A DNA stretch of 64,000 nt from positions 15,438,001 through 15,502,000 of the forward strand of contig OZ024766.1 in the NCBI GenBank assembly GCA_964016885.1. The letters are read 5' to 3'. Origin of the DNA: Eledone cirrhosa (taxonomy: Eukaryota). The stretch's first letter is position 1, and each line of letters starts with the position of its first letter. A program made the position numbers and the translations under genes. The notes beneath the pieces were generated by a model, which made no database searches, was not told the DNA's origin, and was given only the letters and a program-made list of their open reading frames with translations. Of the stretch, positions 43,803-55,572 are shown in pieces.

Positions 43803-44871
43803 CAGGGTGCAGCATAAATACTGTTACAAAATATCAAATGAGTTTAAGTCATAATATTAATTACTTTATGCTTTGCAGCATAGAGTTACGGCCCTTTATG
43901 ATCTGAGTTCAAATCCCGCCCAGATTAACTTTGCCTTTCATCCTTACTGGGTCGATAAAATAAAGTACCAGTCACACACAGGGAGCGCTTTAATAGACCC
44001 CCCCCCCCCCACAAATTTCTGGCGTTATGCTTATATAAGAAACCAATAATAATTACTTTATTATTGATCTGATTGCTCAAATATTAACCTAATACTATAT
44101 ACTAACTGTTTTGGGGGTTATATAAGGATTCATTGCACATTTTTTCATGTTCAGAGTTGCTGAAGCATGGAACAAATTACCTGCATCAGTTGTTAGCTAC
44201 TGGGACACTACATCCTTTAAAACCTCCATGCTTCCTGAAATTCGCCAACACTACACCTGATATCCCCCTTCCATACACACGCATGCATGTGTGTGTATTT
44301 CATGACTCATACACTGTTCACTTTCCTGACCTTTATACATTATTCTATGTACTATATATGCACCTGAGCAGTGTACACAATAATTTCATTATTATTATTA
44401 TTTAAATGTCCTTAGAATTGAAAGGAAAATTCATAATTGGACAGCATGAAAAAAAGTAGACTCCACCTCAGATTTTTATAACTGGAAAACAGCTTGAAAT
44501 TAACAGAATGCTCATAAAAAGGACCATTGATCACTTCAAAGAAACTTCCTCAACAAAAGCCAAGATCAGGACGTCCTAGCACCTTCTGAACACCAAAACT
44601 AATCAAATACATGCATGAGAAAATCAGATGTAAGCCAAAAAGATTCATGAGAAAAATGGTGAAAGAGGCCGAAATTTCAGAGAGATCCATGAGGAGGCTA
44701 TGTAAAGATGATCTCGAGATGTGAGAACAAAAGGAAAGCATATCAAATAAGATTTCATGGTGTTAATAAACATTTTATTAATTACATTGTGCCACAATTG
44801 TAGCTAGGTACAATAAATATTGAAGGAGTTATAAGCATTTTATTTTGTAACAGTATTTATGCCGTACTATG
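43803..44871 (+). mobile_element. Degenerate Tc1/mariner-superfamily element with nested SINE and CR1 tail
   Basis: TA-CAGGGTGCAGCATAAATACTGTTACAAAATA ... TATTTTGTAACAGTATTTATGCCGTACTATG-TA; transposase HTH remnants (RSGRP; PKRFMRKMVKEAEISERSMRRLCKDDL). Confidence 0.72.
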
Positions 44872-44971
44872 TAGTATTATGTGGTCAGAAACTCTCAAGA
44901 AAGTTGGACAGGAGAAGGTCACCAGAGAAGAACCACCCTCTCACCTCATGCAAGGGTTTCAGCCATTAACC

Positions 44972-45264
44972 CAGGCATGGGCAACCTTTTTCGAGAAGCG
45001 GGCTGCATGAGATATGGCTCATCATCAGGGAGGCCGCAAGCGCTAATTTACATTTGTGCCCACATTAAAAAAAAAGGGTGATAACTCAGGTTGTTTTGAT
45101 TTGTTTCTTCAGAATTCGTACACGTTGTTTTCCTCAATCGTTAAAAATTATAGAAAGATAAATTACGACTGAAAAGTTGGGGTAAAAAAATCAGAAAGAT
45201 TTCACTTAGGTGATTTAGGTGAGTCATTTAGAAAGCTTTGTGGGCTGCAGGTTACCCATGACTG
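44972..45264. mobile_element. hAT-type MITE
   Basis: TIRs CAGGCATGGGCAACCT / AGGTTACCCATGACTG; imperfect 8-bp TSD CATTAACC / CCTTAATC. Confidence 0.65.
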
Positions 45265-46933
45265 CCTTAATCTATTTAACATTTACATTACTGTGTTTGG
45301 CGGTCGTTTGGCAGTATCGGTAGAGGGTCGGACGCCATGCTTTCCAGCATAGTTACGTCCCTTTACGATCTGAGTTCAAATCCCGCCGAGGTTGACTTTG
45401 CCTTTCATCCTTACGGGGTCGATAAAATAAAGTACCAGTAATGCACTGGGTAATTGCTGGCCTTGTGCCAAAAGTAGAAACAATTACTGTGTTTAAGTGT
45501 GTGTGAGTGAGTGCATTTGTGTGTTTTAATGTGAGTGTGTTTGTGTGTTTTAGTGTGTGAGTACATTTGAGCATTTAAGAGTGTGAAAGAGTATGTGTGT
45601 GAGTGTGTTTGTGTGTTTTAGAGTGTGAGTGCATGTGTGTGTTTATGTGTATGTGTGTGTGAACTCTTTTATTCACCTCTTACAATAGGAAAGGACACTG
45701 TGCCAGTTATTTTGTGTCTCAACTAATTGCAACAAAGCTAATAAACTTTCATGCTCTATTTAACACTAACACAAGTGTAAATGGTGTTAAACTTACAATC
45801 ATGTTCTGGGTTTCATTCTTGAACTGGGTTGTGTGTTATGTTCTTGAGCAAAACATTATACTCAGTATGTATGAATGGTCCTGTAACTCCTGACAGAGTC
45901 GTAGAGGTGCCGTATTAACAGACATCATTTCTTGGGTATTTTAAGCCAGGCGGAGCCCATCCCTGTCCAGGCCTGAATACAGCAGATTTCTTCCAGAGAA
46001 AGATAGAAAGTGAGAGAGAGGAAATGAGAAAGAGATATAGAAGAAGAATCGACCCCAGTACTAGACTGGTACTTTTTTATTGACATCAAAAGGATGAAAG
46101 GCAAAGTTGACCTCAGCGGGATTTGAACTCAGAGAGCAGAGAGTTGGAACGAATACCACAAAGCATTCTATCTGATGTTCTAACGACTCTGCCAATTCAC
46201 TGCCTATATACTCAGTATACTCAGTTGGAAATGAGTATCAACAATTGCTGGGGAGTTTTCTCTGCAATGGACTGGTGTCCTGTCCAGGCTGGAATTGTTT
46301 ACTGTCAGTCACATAACACCATGGAAACCAAGGTAAACACTGGCCTGATTAGCATCCAGGCTTGAGACAGACTTTAGACTCAGAACAAGTAACAGCCAAA
46401 TTATAGATTAGTATGATAAAAAGGAAAGGACACATTAAATAGTGTAGTCCTAGTTATGCAATGCCTGAGAGAAGGGTGGAATGTGCTTATCTCGGTTTCC
46501 ATGGTGTGAAGCAACTGAGAGTACAGAATTCCATCCTGCACAGGACACCTGTCCTGTGCAGGATGGAATTTAAAATCCCCCAGCAATTGCTGGTACTCAT
46601 TTTCAACTGAGTATACTACGCAAGAATGTTTTGCTTAAGAACGCAATGCACATCCAAGTCCAGGAATCAAACCCACAACATTATGATTGTAAATCCAACA
46701 GCTTTACCACTTGTGTTAGTGTTAGATAGAGATGACAGTTCATTGATCTCATAACTAGTTTAAACTGTAAACAACTGACACAGTGTCCTTACATATTATA
46801 AAGAGGTGAATAAAAGATATTGAAAAAGATACTGTCAATTCACCAGCTTTTATTTTAATTTACAAATCTGCCCCCCCCCCCCTCACTCCCATAAAAAAGA
46901 AAGAATGGAAATTCGATATTTAGTTTTACTCAC

Positions 46934-47069
46934 CATTTTGGCAGTTTCTTCCTTCAAAACCAGCAACACATCTTCCGTCAGAACATATTCCTGTCACAGT
47001 CACATTTGTTGCTGTCTCCACAGTGACATATACCTTCACAGTTGCTGCCAAATCTACCATTCTGGCAGA
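46934..47069 (-). pseudogene. EGF-repeat exon copy with 2-bp deletion (136 bp, frameshift)
   Basis: CTGTCACAGTCAC here versus CTGTCACTGAGTCAC in the paralog near 50860; splice sites intact. Confidence 0.8.
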
Positions 47070-47356
47070 CTTTCAAAGAAACAAAAACATTGTTTGTTAA
47101 TAAAAAAAAAAACAAACCCTTTTTTTTTCAGAAACTTCTGGCGGAATCCCAAAGTCTCATATTTTTATATGGTTTGAATATAAATATACTTCTCTACCTT
47201 TTTTTCATGGAACCCCAGACATTCCTTTGCAGAACCCTTGGGTTCCATGGATCCCACTTTGGGAATGACTAATAAAGAACAACCTAAAGTTTTGAGAGAT
47301 AAAACAAGAATTCATATATGTTGCACAGAGTAATTAGCTTCTTTCATTTCACTCAC

Positions 47357-47494
47357 CTGTTTGACAGTTGTTACCTTTATAGCCAGGTGTACACCCACCA
47401 CTCGAACAGGTACCAGATTTAGGGTTACACGTGCTATTGTCATAGCAGTGACAGCTATAGCTACAATCTTTACCAAACTTGCCACTGGAGCACT
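47357..47494 (-). CDS. EGF-repeat exon (duplicate of 51227-51364)
   Basis: 138 bp, AG/GT: ECSSGKFGKDCSYSCHCYDNSTCNPKSGTCSSGGCTPGYKGNNCQT. Confidence 0.85.
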
Positions 47495-48481
47495 CTGAAA
47501 TATAGAGCTATTATTTATTATTTATTCATGAGTGAATAAGAATTGTTTCGACTTTTGACACAAGGCCAGCAATTACCCCAGTGCATTACTGGTACTTTAT
47601 TTTATCGACCCCGTAAGGATGAAAGGCAAAGTTGACCTCAGCGGGATTTGAACTCAGAGAGCAGAGAGTTGGAACGAATACCACAAAGCATTCTATCTGA
47701 TGTTCTAACGACTCTGCCAATTCACTGCCTATATACTCAGTATACTCAGTTGGAAATGAGTATCAACAATTGCTGGGGGGTTTCTCTGCAATGGACTGGT
47801 GTCCTGTCCAGGCTGGAATTGTTTACTGTCAGTCACTTAACACCATGGAAACCAAGGTAAACACTGGCCTGATTAGCATCCAGGCTTGAGACAAACTTTA
47901 GACTCAGAACAAGTAACAGCCAAATTATAGATTAGTATGATAAAAAGGAAAGGACACATTAAATAGTGTAGTCCTAGTTAAGCACATTCCACCCTTCTCT
48001 CAGGCATTGCATATCTCGGTTTCCATGGTGTGAAGCAACTGAGAGTACAGAATTCCATCCTGCACAGGACACCTGTCCTGTGCAGGATGGAATTTAAAAT
48101 CCCCCAGCAATTGCTGGTACTCATTTTCAACTGAGTATACTACGCAAGAATGTTTTGCTTAAGAACGCAATGCACATCCAAGTCCAGGAATCAAACCCAC
48201 AACATTATGATTGTAAATCCAACAGCTTTACCACTTGTGTTAGTGTTAGACAGAGATGACAGTTCATTGATCTCATAACTAGTTTAAACTGTAAACAACT
48301 GACACAGTGTCCTTACATATTATAAAGAGGTGAATAAAAGATATTGAAAAAGATACTGTCAATTCACCAGCTTTTATTTTAATTTACAAATCTGCCCCCC
48401 CCCCCTCACTCCCATAAAAAAAAAAGAAAGAATGGAAATTCGATATTTAGTTTTACTCACCATTTTGGCAGTTTCTTCCTT

Positions 48482-50823
48482 GTACTGCACTGAGCTACAG
48501 CGCCCAAACTGGCATGAGATGTATAACTCTGGAGATGTGAACTCTATACTCCAGAGCATCCTGGACTCAATATGGATAGCGTGTGCAGCATCAGTGCCAC
48601 AGAAGCGGAAAAATAACCACCCCAAAAGTGCAATCTGGGAAACTTCAGCGGTCCGACTTGCCAGGAAAGAACGTCGGAACGCTGAACGGGAATATAAACT
48701 GCATAGATCAGATGCCAACAGAAAAAAGTGGAATAAATCTTCTAACCATCTCAAGCAAGTGACAAAGAAGGCAGTGCTTGAATTTGAACAGTGCATCGCA
48801 ACCAATCCTGACAGTAAGGTGTTCTGGAAATATGTTCATTCAAAGCAGAGACCTCACTCTCCAGTTGGTCCTCTTCGCAATCCCCACACAAGCCAGATCA
48901 CTGACGATCCCAAGGAATGCGCAGAACTCATTGCTGAGTGCTATGCAAGTATTTTTACTGTTGAAAACCAGAATGTACCATCTTCACCATCTCTAACATC
49001 AAATTCCATAACAACTATGGAATTTACACCTGCAATGTTGCGACGTCACCTTAAGAATAAGCGCAACTATGCCTCCCCTGGTCTTGATGGTGTGACATAC
49101 CTGCTTCTCAAACGTGGCGGGGATTTCCTTTTGCGCCAGCTTTCTTTTTTCTTTCAATACTGTCTCAGCAATGGTGCTACTCCGGAGCAGTGGAAAACTG
49201 CCAGTGTCATTCCCCTGTTCAAAAAGGGCAACCGCATGTCACCTGTCAACTATCGTCCAGTCAGTCTTACTAGCTGTATGGCCAAACTGATGGAATCCTG
49301 TGTCAGAGAAACACTTTGGAACTTCTGGAGCTCTCACAGCCTCATCCGGCCCTCACAGTTTGGATTTATCCCTAACTCCAGCTGCTGTGATCAGCTTATC
49401 GAGTTCCTTGAGGACATCACCCGGATCACTGACAGCGGCTCATGGGTGGATTTTGTTTATCTTGACTTTGCTAAGGCTTTTAATTCTGTGCCACACAAAA
49501 GACTTATGGCAAAACTCTCTGCAATGGGTGTGAGGGATGATCTTTTCGACTGGCTGAAATCCTTCATTCTCAGCCGAAAGGAAGTAGTCACGGTTCTAGG
49601 ACAGCATTCTTCACCATATGAGATGTCATCTGGTGTACCACAGGGATCTGTTCTTGGTCCTCTTTTGTTTGTGGCATATATTAATGACATAGATGCCAAC
49701 TTACAGAATGCCACGGTACTAAAATATGCAGATGACATCAAGCTGTACCTTGAAATCAAAAGGACTGATCCTGAAATTTACAACTCTTTCCTACAATCAG
49801 ACCTGGACACAATGCAGCAATGGATCACAGACTGGCAACTGAAGCTGGCTGTGGACAAGTGTACCACCATGCATTTTGGAAGGAAAAATCCAGCGTCCAC
49901 ATACTCCCTCCACAACACTGACATCAAAAAGTCCTCTTGTGAACGTGACCTGGGCATTACTGTCAGCAACGATTTCCGTTGGACAAAGCATGTCTCTAAG
50001 ATTGTCAAGAAGGCCGAGGGTGTCTTGGCATCACTCAGCAGGATCTTTGTTAGCCGCTCTCCAGCCATCTATTTAAAACTGTATACAGCTATGGTGCGAC
50101 CACACTTGGAATTCGCATCATCAGTCTGGAACCCCTATCTTGCTCGGAACATTGACCTCCTGGAAACTGTTCAGAGACGTGCAACCAAGCGCATACTCTC
50201 CATCAGACACCTACCATACTCTGAACGCCTTGCTTCCCTGGGCATGGATTCATTGAAGCTCCGACGTCTGGCAATGGACTTGGTGAATACCCACAAAGTT
50301 TTTAACCATCTCGCCAACTGCAACCCTGAGCGCCTCTTTGATCTCCATGTGTCTAACACACGTGGACATGCCTACAAGATAAGAAAACAGCACAGCTCCC
50401 ATGACTTTCGCAGACATTTTTTCACGCTCAGAGTTGCTGAAGCATGGAACAAACTGCCTGCGTCAATTGTTAGCTGCCGAGACACTGCATCCTTTAAGAC
50501 ACTCATGCTTCCCGAAATACGCCAAAACTACACCTGATGTGCCCCTTCCATACACATGCACACATGTGTGTATCATGACTCGTGCACTGTTCATTTTACT
50601 GATGTTTGTGCATTGCCCTATGTACTGTACATGCACTTTTTTGATGGGTTGTGGGGCACCTGGGCACTGTGCACAATATTTCATTATTGTTATTGTTATT
50701 ATATCATGACTCATACACTGTTTATTTTCCTGACATTTGTACATTATTCTATGTACTATACATGCACCTTTGATGAGTTGTAGTGCACCTGAGCACTGTA
50801 CACAATAATTTCATTATTATTAT
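48482..50823 (+). mobile_element. 5'-truncated CR1-type LINE with uninterrupted RT frame, duplicated 3' UTR and (ATT)n tail, inserted antisense into an EGF exon
   Basis: NYRPVSLTS, YLDFAKAF, SGVPQGSVLGP, KYADD, VRPHLEFASSVWNP, FFTLRVAEAWNKLP; no TSD, 1 bp lost at the target. Confidence 0.93.
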
Positions 50824-50939
50824 AAAACCAGCAACACATCTTCCGTCAGAACATATTCCTGTCACTGAGTCACATTTGTTGCTGTCTACACAGTGACATA
50901 TACCTTCACAGTTGCTGCCAAATCTACCATTCTGGCAGA
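50824..50939 (-). pseudogene. EGF-repeat exon split by the LINE (remainder at 48461-48481)
   Basis: VCQNGRFGSNCEGICHCVDSNKCDSVTGICSDGRCVAGF, then the LINE, then GRNCQN and a GTGAGT donor. Confidence 0.88.
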
Positions 50940-51226
50940 CTTTCAAAGAAACAAAAACATTGTTTGTTAATAAAAAAAAAAGCAAACCCTTTTTTTTTCA
51001 GAAACTTCTGGCGGAATCCCAAAGTCTCATATTTTTATATGGTTTGAATATAAATATACTTCTCTACCTTTTTATCATGGAACCCCAGACATTCCTTTGC
51101 AGAACCCTTGGGTTCCATGGATCCCACTTTGGGAATGACTAATAAAGAACAACCTAAAGTGTTGAGAGATAAAACAAGAATTCATATATGTTGCACAGAG
51201 TAATTAGCTTCTTTCATTTCACTCAC

Positions 51227-51364
51227 CTGTTTGACAGTTGTTACCTTTATAGCCAGGTGTACACCCACCACTCGAACAGGTACCAGATTTAGGGTTACAC
51301 GTGCTATTGTCATAGCAGTGACAGCTATAGCTACAATCTTTACCAAACTTGCCACTGGAGCACT
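51227..51364 (-). CDS. EGF-repeat exon
   Basis: 138 bp, AG/GTGAGT: ECSSGKFGKDCSYSCHCYDNSTCNPKSGTCSSGGCTPGYKGNNCQT. Confidence 0.88.
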
Positions 51365-52009
51365 CTGAAATATAGAGCTATTATTTATTATTTATTCATG
51401 AGTGAATAAGAATTGTTTCGACTTTTGACACAAGGCCAGCAATTACCCCAGTGCATTACTGGTACTTTATTTTATCGACCCCGTAAGGACGAAAGGCAAA
51501 GTTAACCTTGGCGGGATTTGAACTCAGACCGTAAAGAACCGTAACTCTATGCTGCAAAGCATGGCATCCGACGCTCTACCGATACTGCCAATCCACCACC
51601 CTCGCGATTCAATAATAATTATTTCTACTTTTCGCACAAGGCTAGCAATTATCCCAGTGTATTACTGGTACTTTATTAGTAATACACTGGATAACAATAA
51701 TGTTATAATAGTATTATAATATCATTAATATTCAGTTTGTTTGCCAGCAAACAGCCTCATAAACACCACGTGTGTTTTCTAGATGAACAATGTCATCCTT
51801 TTGTTGTAAAAGGGAAAGAAATGGGAAGAACTGTTGGAGTGTTTGTTGGATGAAATGCTTTGCAGAACTTCTGAGTTCTGAGTTCAAATCTTGCTCAGGT
51901 AAAACTTGAATGTCATTTTTACAAGCTTGATAAAATAATGTACCAGTTAAATACTGGGGTAGATATAATCAACTGACTTTCTCTTTACTCCAAAATTAAG
52001 AAATCATTA

Positions 52010-52237
52010 TTAACCCTTTACCATTCACATTACTCTATATATAATATTGTATTTTCATGGTAAAGGCTTTATCTCACATAATTATCTCACATAATATCGA
52101 ATCTATGAGATTTTGAAAGTATTTATTTTGAGAACAATACCTTCACATCAGTTTGAGCGACCAGTTACAGCCAATATCAACAGAAAGAGGTAGAGAATTC
52201 TGGCCGGTTTGGGCCGGTTTGAACACGAAAGGGTTAA
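52010..52237. mobile_element. piggyBac-like MITE
   Basis: TTAA-CCCTTT ... AAAGGG-TTAA. Confidence 0.75.
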
Positions 52238-52966
52238 TTAAAAACATTGGTACATTTGTGCTTTACATAGGTTTGGCTTGGTTTTACTGGTTGGGTATTC
52301 CTCTTGTAACCAACCACTTTACTGAGGGGCCTGGGTGCACCAGTTCTTGAGAGGTTGTACTAATTAGGGTGGCACCAAGTGGATACAAAATGTGGGACGA
52401 AAAGAAGAGAGAGGAGTCAGTTGAAAATGTCTGAGTGGAGGTGGCATGAACCTAGAATACTCCGAGGAACAGAGTCCAATATAGTAGTGGTGGAAAGCAG
52501 GAGGAGAAGGCACATGGGGAGAGTATCAGTGAAGTAGAGAAAAAATGGTGTATCCATTTGGTTTATAGTCAAGTTTTATTTTTTTTAAACAAGCACCTTT
52601 ATAGGGTTAGTCGGCCTCCTATGAGGTTGTCACCCCATAGGAAGTATTCTGGGTGTTTCAATGGTAAGGACACCATGCCTATCATGTTGTTGTTACAGCT
52701 CACATTTATGTAGGTTTGGCTGGCCCCCTACAAGGATGCACTCCATAGGAAATATTCTGGGTGTTTTAATAATAAGGCCCCCAGGCCTATCATGTTGTTA
52801 CAGCTCTACCTATGTAGGTTTAACTGGCCTCTGACAAAAATGCACCCCAAAGGAGCCTCGGTCTTTTCATGTCACTCTTTCCTTGGTAAGTTTGGAATCT
52901 CACTTTGAAGTGCCATATGCTCACCTAGAAATACAAATAGCATAGAAGATCTACTGAATGACTCAC

Positions 52967-53104
52967 CTGTCTGACAATTGCTACCTTGATAGCCAGCTTC
53001 ACAGCCACCACTGGAACATACACCTGTGATGGGGTCACACTTGCTGTTGTTGGCACAGTGACATAAGTTAATACAGTTGTCACCAAATTTACCACTTCTA
53101 CACT
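52967..53104 (-). CDS. EGF-repeat exon
   Basis: 138 bp, AG/GTGAGT: ECRSGKFGDNCINLCHCANNSKCDPITGVCSSGGCEAGYQGSNCQT. Confidence 0.9.
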
Positions 53105-53144
53105 CTGGGTACATTAAATATGAAGAATATAGAAGTTAGATGGA

Positions 53145-54200
53145 ATGAGATGTGAAATGTATGTGATATACAATGTATGAGTTGTGAAATGTATGGGATG
53201 GGAAATGTAGGAATATGAAATGTAGTGGGTGTGAAATGTAGGGATGGGGAATGTAGGAGATGTGAAATGTAGGGATGAGGAATGTAGGGATGAGGAATGT
53301 AGGAGATGTGAAATGTAAGGATGTGAAATGTAGGGATGAGGAATGTAGGAGATGTGAAATGTAGGAGATGTGAAATGTAGGAGATGTGAAATGTAGTAGA
53401 TATGAAATGTAAGAGATGTGAAATGTAAGAGATGTGAAATGTAGGAGATGTGAAATGTAAGGATGTGAAATGTAGGAGATGTGAAATGTAAGGATGTGAA
53501 ATGTAGATGTGAAATGTAGGAGATGTGAAATGTAGGAGATGTGAAATGTAAGAGATGTGAAATGTAAGAGATGTGAAATGTAAGAGATGTGAAATGTAAG
53601 AGATGTGAAATGTAAGAGATATGAAATGTAAGAGATGTGAAATGTAGGAGATGTGAAATGTAAGGATGTGAAATGTAGGAGATGTGAAATGAAAGGATGT
53701 GAAATGTAAGAGATGTGAAATGTAGGAGATGTGAAATGTAAGAGATGTGAAATGTAGAAGATGTGAAATGTAGGTGATGTGAAATGTAAGGATGTGAAAT
53801 GTAAGAGATGTGAAATGTAGGAGATGTGAACTGTAGGAGATGTGAAATGTAAGAGATGTGAAATGTAGGAGATGTGAAATGTAAGAGATGTGAAATGTAG
53901 GAGATGTGAACTGTAGGAGATGTGAAATGTAAGAGATGTGAAATGTAGGAGATGTGAAATGTAAGAGATGTGAAATGTAGGAGATGTGAAATGTAGGAGA
54001 TGTGAAATGTAAGAGATGTGAAATGTAGGAGATGTGAAATGTAGGAGATGTGAAATGTAGGAGATGTGAAATGTAAGGATGTGAAATGTAAGAGATGTGA
54101 AATGTAGGAGATGTGAAATGTAAGAGATGTGAAATGTAGGAGATGTGGATTGTATAATGTGAAATATAGATGTGAATTGTGTGAGATGTGAAATGTAGAG
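53145..54200. repeat. 15/16-bp minisatellite
   Basis: Unit GATGTGAAATGTAGGA / GATGTGAAATGTAAGA. Confidence 0.95.
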
Positions 54201-54257
54201 AATGTACAAGAATAACATTAAACATCAATAACTACAACAGCAACCATCATCAACAAT

Positions 54258-55380
54258 AGTGGTGGTGGTGGTGGTGGTGGTAGTGGAGGTGGTGGTGATG
54301 GTGGTGGTGGTAGTGGTGGTGGTGGTCGATGTGGTGGTGGTGGTGGCGGTAGTGGATGTGGTGGTGGTGGCGGTAGTGGCAGTGGTGGTGGTGGTGGTAG
54401 TGGTGGTGGTGGTAGGGTGGTGGTGGTACTGGCAGTGGTGGTAGTGGTAGTGGCAGTGGTGGTAGTGGTGATGGTAGTGTTGGTGATGGTTGTGGTGGTG
54501 GTGGTGGTAGTAGTGGTGGTGGTGGTGGTAGTTGTGGTGGTAGTGGTGGTAGTGGCGGTGGTGGTAGTGGTGGTGGTGGTGGTAGTGGTGGTGGTGGTAG
54601 TGCTGGTGGTGGTGGTAGTGGTGGTGGTGGTAGTGGTGGTGGTGGTGGAGGTGGTGGTGGTAGTGGTGGTGGTGGTAGTGGTGGTGTTGGTAGTGGAGGT
54701 AGTGGTGGTGGTCGTGGTAGTGGCAGTGGTGGTAGTGGTGGTGGTGGTAGTAGTGGTAGTGGTGGTGGTAGTGGCATTGGTGGTGGTGGTAGTGGTGGTG
54801 GTAGTGTTGGTTGTGGTTGTAGTGGTGGTGGTGGTGGTGGTGGTAGTTGTGGTGGTAGTGGCAGTGGTGGTGGTGGTGGTGGTAGTGGTGGTGGTAGTGG
54901 CAGTGGTGGTGGAGGTGGTGGTAGTGGTGGTGGTAGTGGTGGTGTTGGTAGTGGAGGTAGTGGTGGTGGTGGTGGTCGTGGTAGTGGCAGTGGTGGTAGT
55001 GGTGGTGGTAATGGCAGTGGTGGTAGTGGTGGTGGTAATGGCAGTGGTGGTAGTGGTGGTGATGGTGATGATGGTAGTGGTGGTGGTGATGGTAGTGGTG
55101 GTGGTGGTAGTGTTTGTGGTAGTAGTGGTGTGGGGGTGGTAATGGCAGTGGTGGTAGTGGTGGTGGTGATGGTGGTGGTGGTAGTGGTGGTGGTGTGGTA
55201 GTGGTGGTGGTAGTGGTGGTGGTGGTGGGGGTAGTGGTGGTAGTGGTGGTGGTGTGGTAGTGGTGGTGGTAGTGGTGGTAGTGGTGGTGGTGGTGGTAGT
55301 GGTGGTGGTGGTGGGGGTAGTGGTGGAGCTGGTGGTGGTGGTAGTGGTGGTGGTGGTGGTGGTGGTAGTGGTAGTGGTGA
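54258..55380. repeat. 1.1-kb (GGT/AGT)n trinucleotide repeat
   Basis: Direct inspection. Confidence 0.97.
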
Positions 55381-55434
55381 TGATGATGATAATAACAATG
55401 ATGATATTTATGATGATGATAGTACACCACTTAC

Positions 55435-55572
55435 CTGTCTGACAGTTGCCACCTTCATATCCAGGAGCACATCCTCCATTAGAGCAGCTACCAGTCTGTG
55501 GCTTACATTTACTCTTGTCAGCACAATGACACATGTTTCGACAGTTTGGTCCAAATTTTCCTCTCTTACATC
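55435..55572 (-). CDS. EGF-repeat exon
   Basis: 138 bp, AG/GTAAGT: GCKRGKFGPNCRNMCHCADKSKCKPQTGSCSNGGCAPGYEGGNCQT. Confidence 0.9.

Larger units (their letters stand above)
46090..51485. repeat. Tandem duplication of a ~1.5-kb two-exon unit (46090-47615; 47616-51485 including a LINE insertion)
   Basis: Copies are near-identical and the breakpoints lie inside SINEs. Confidence 0.92.

Noticed and set aside
44985-45030. Minus-strand CTGATGA...GAAA as another hammerhead
   Set aside because: Only a 3-bp stem II with a long loop and no convincing stem I; it lies within a hAT MITE end.
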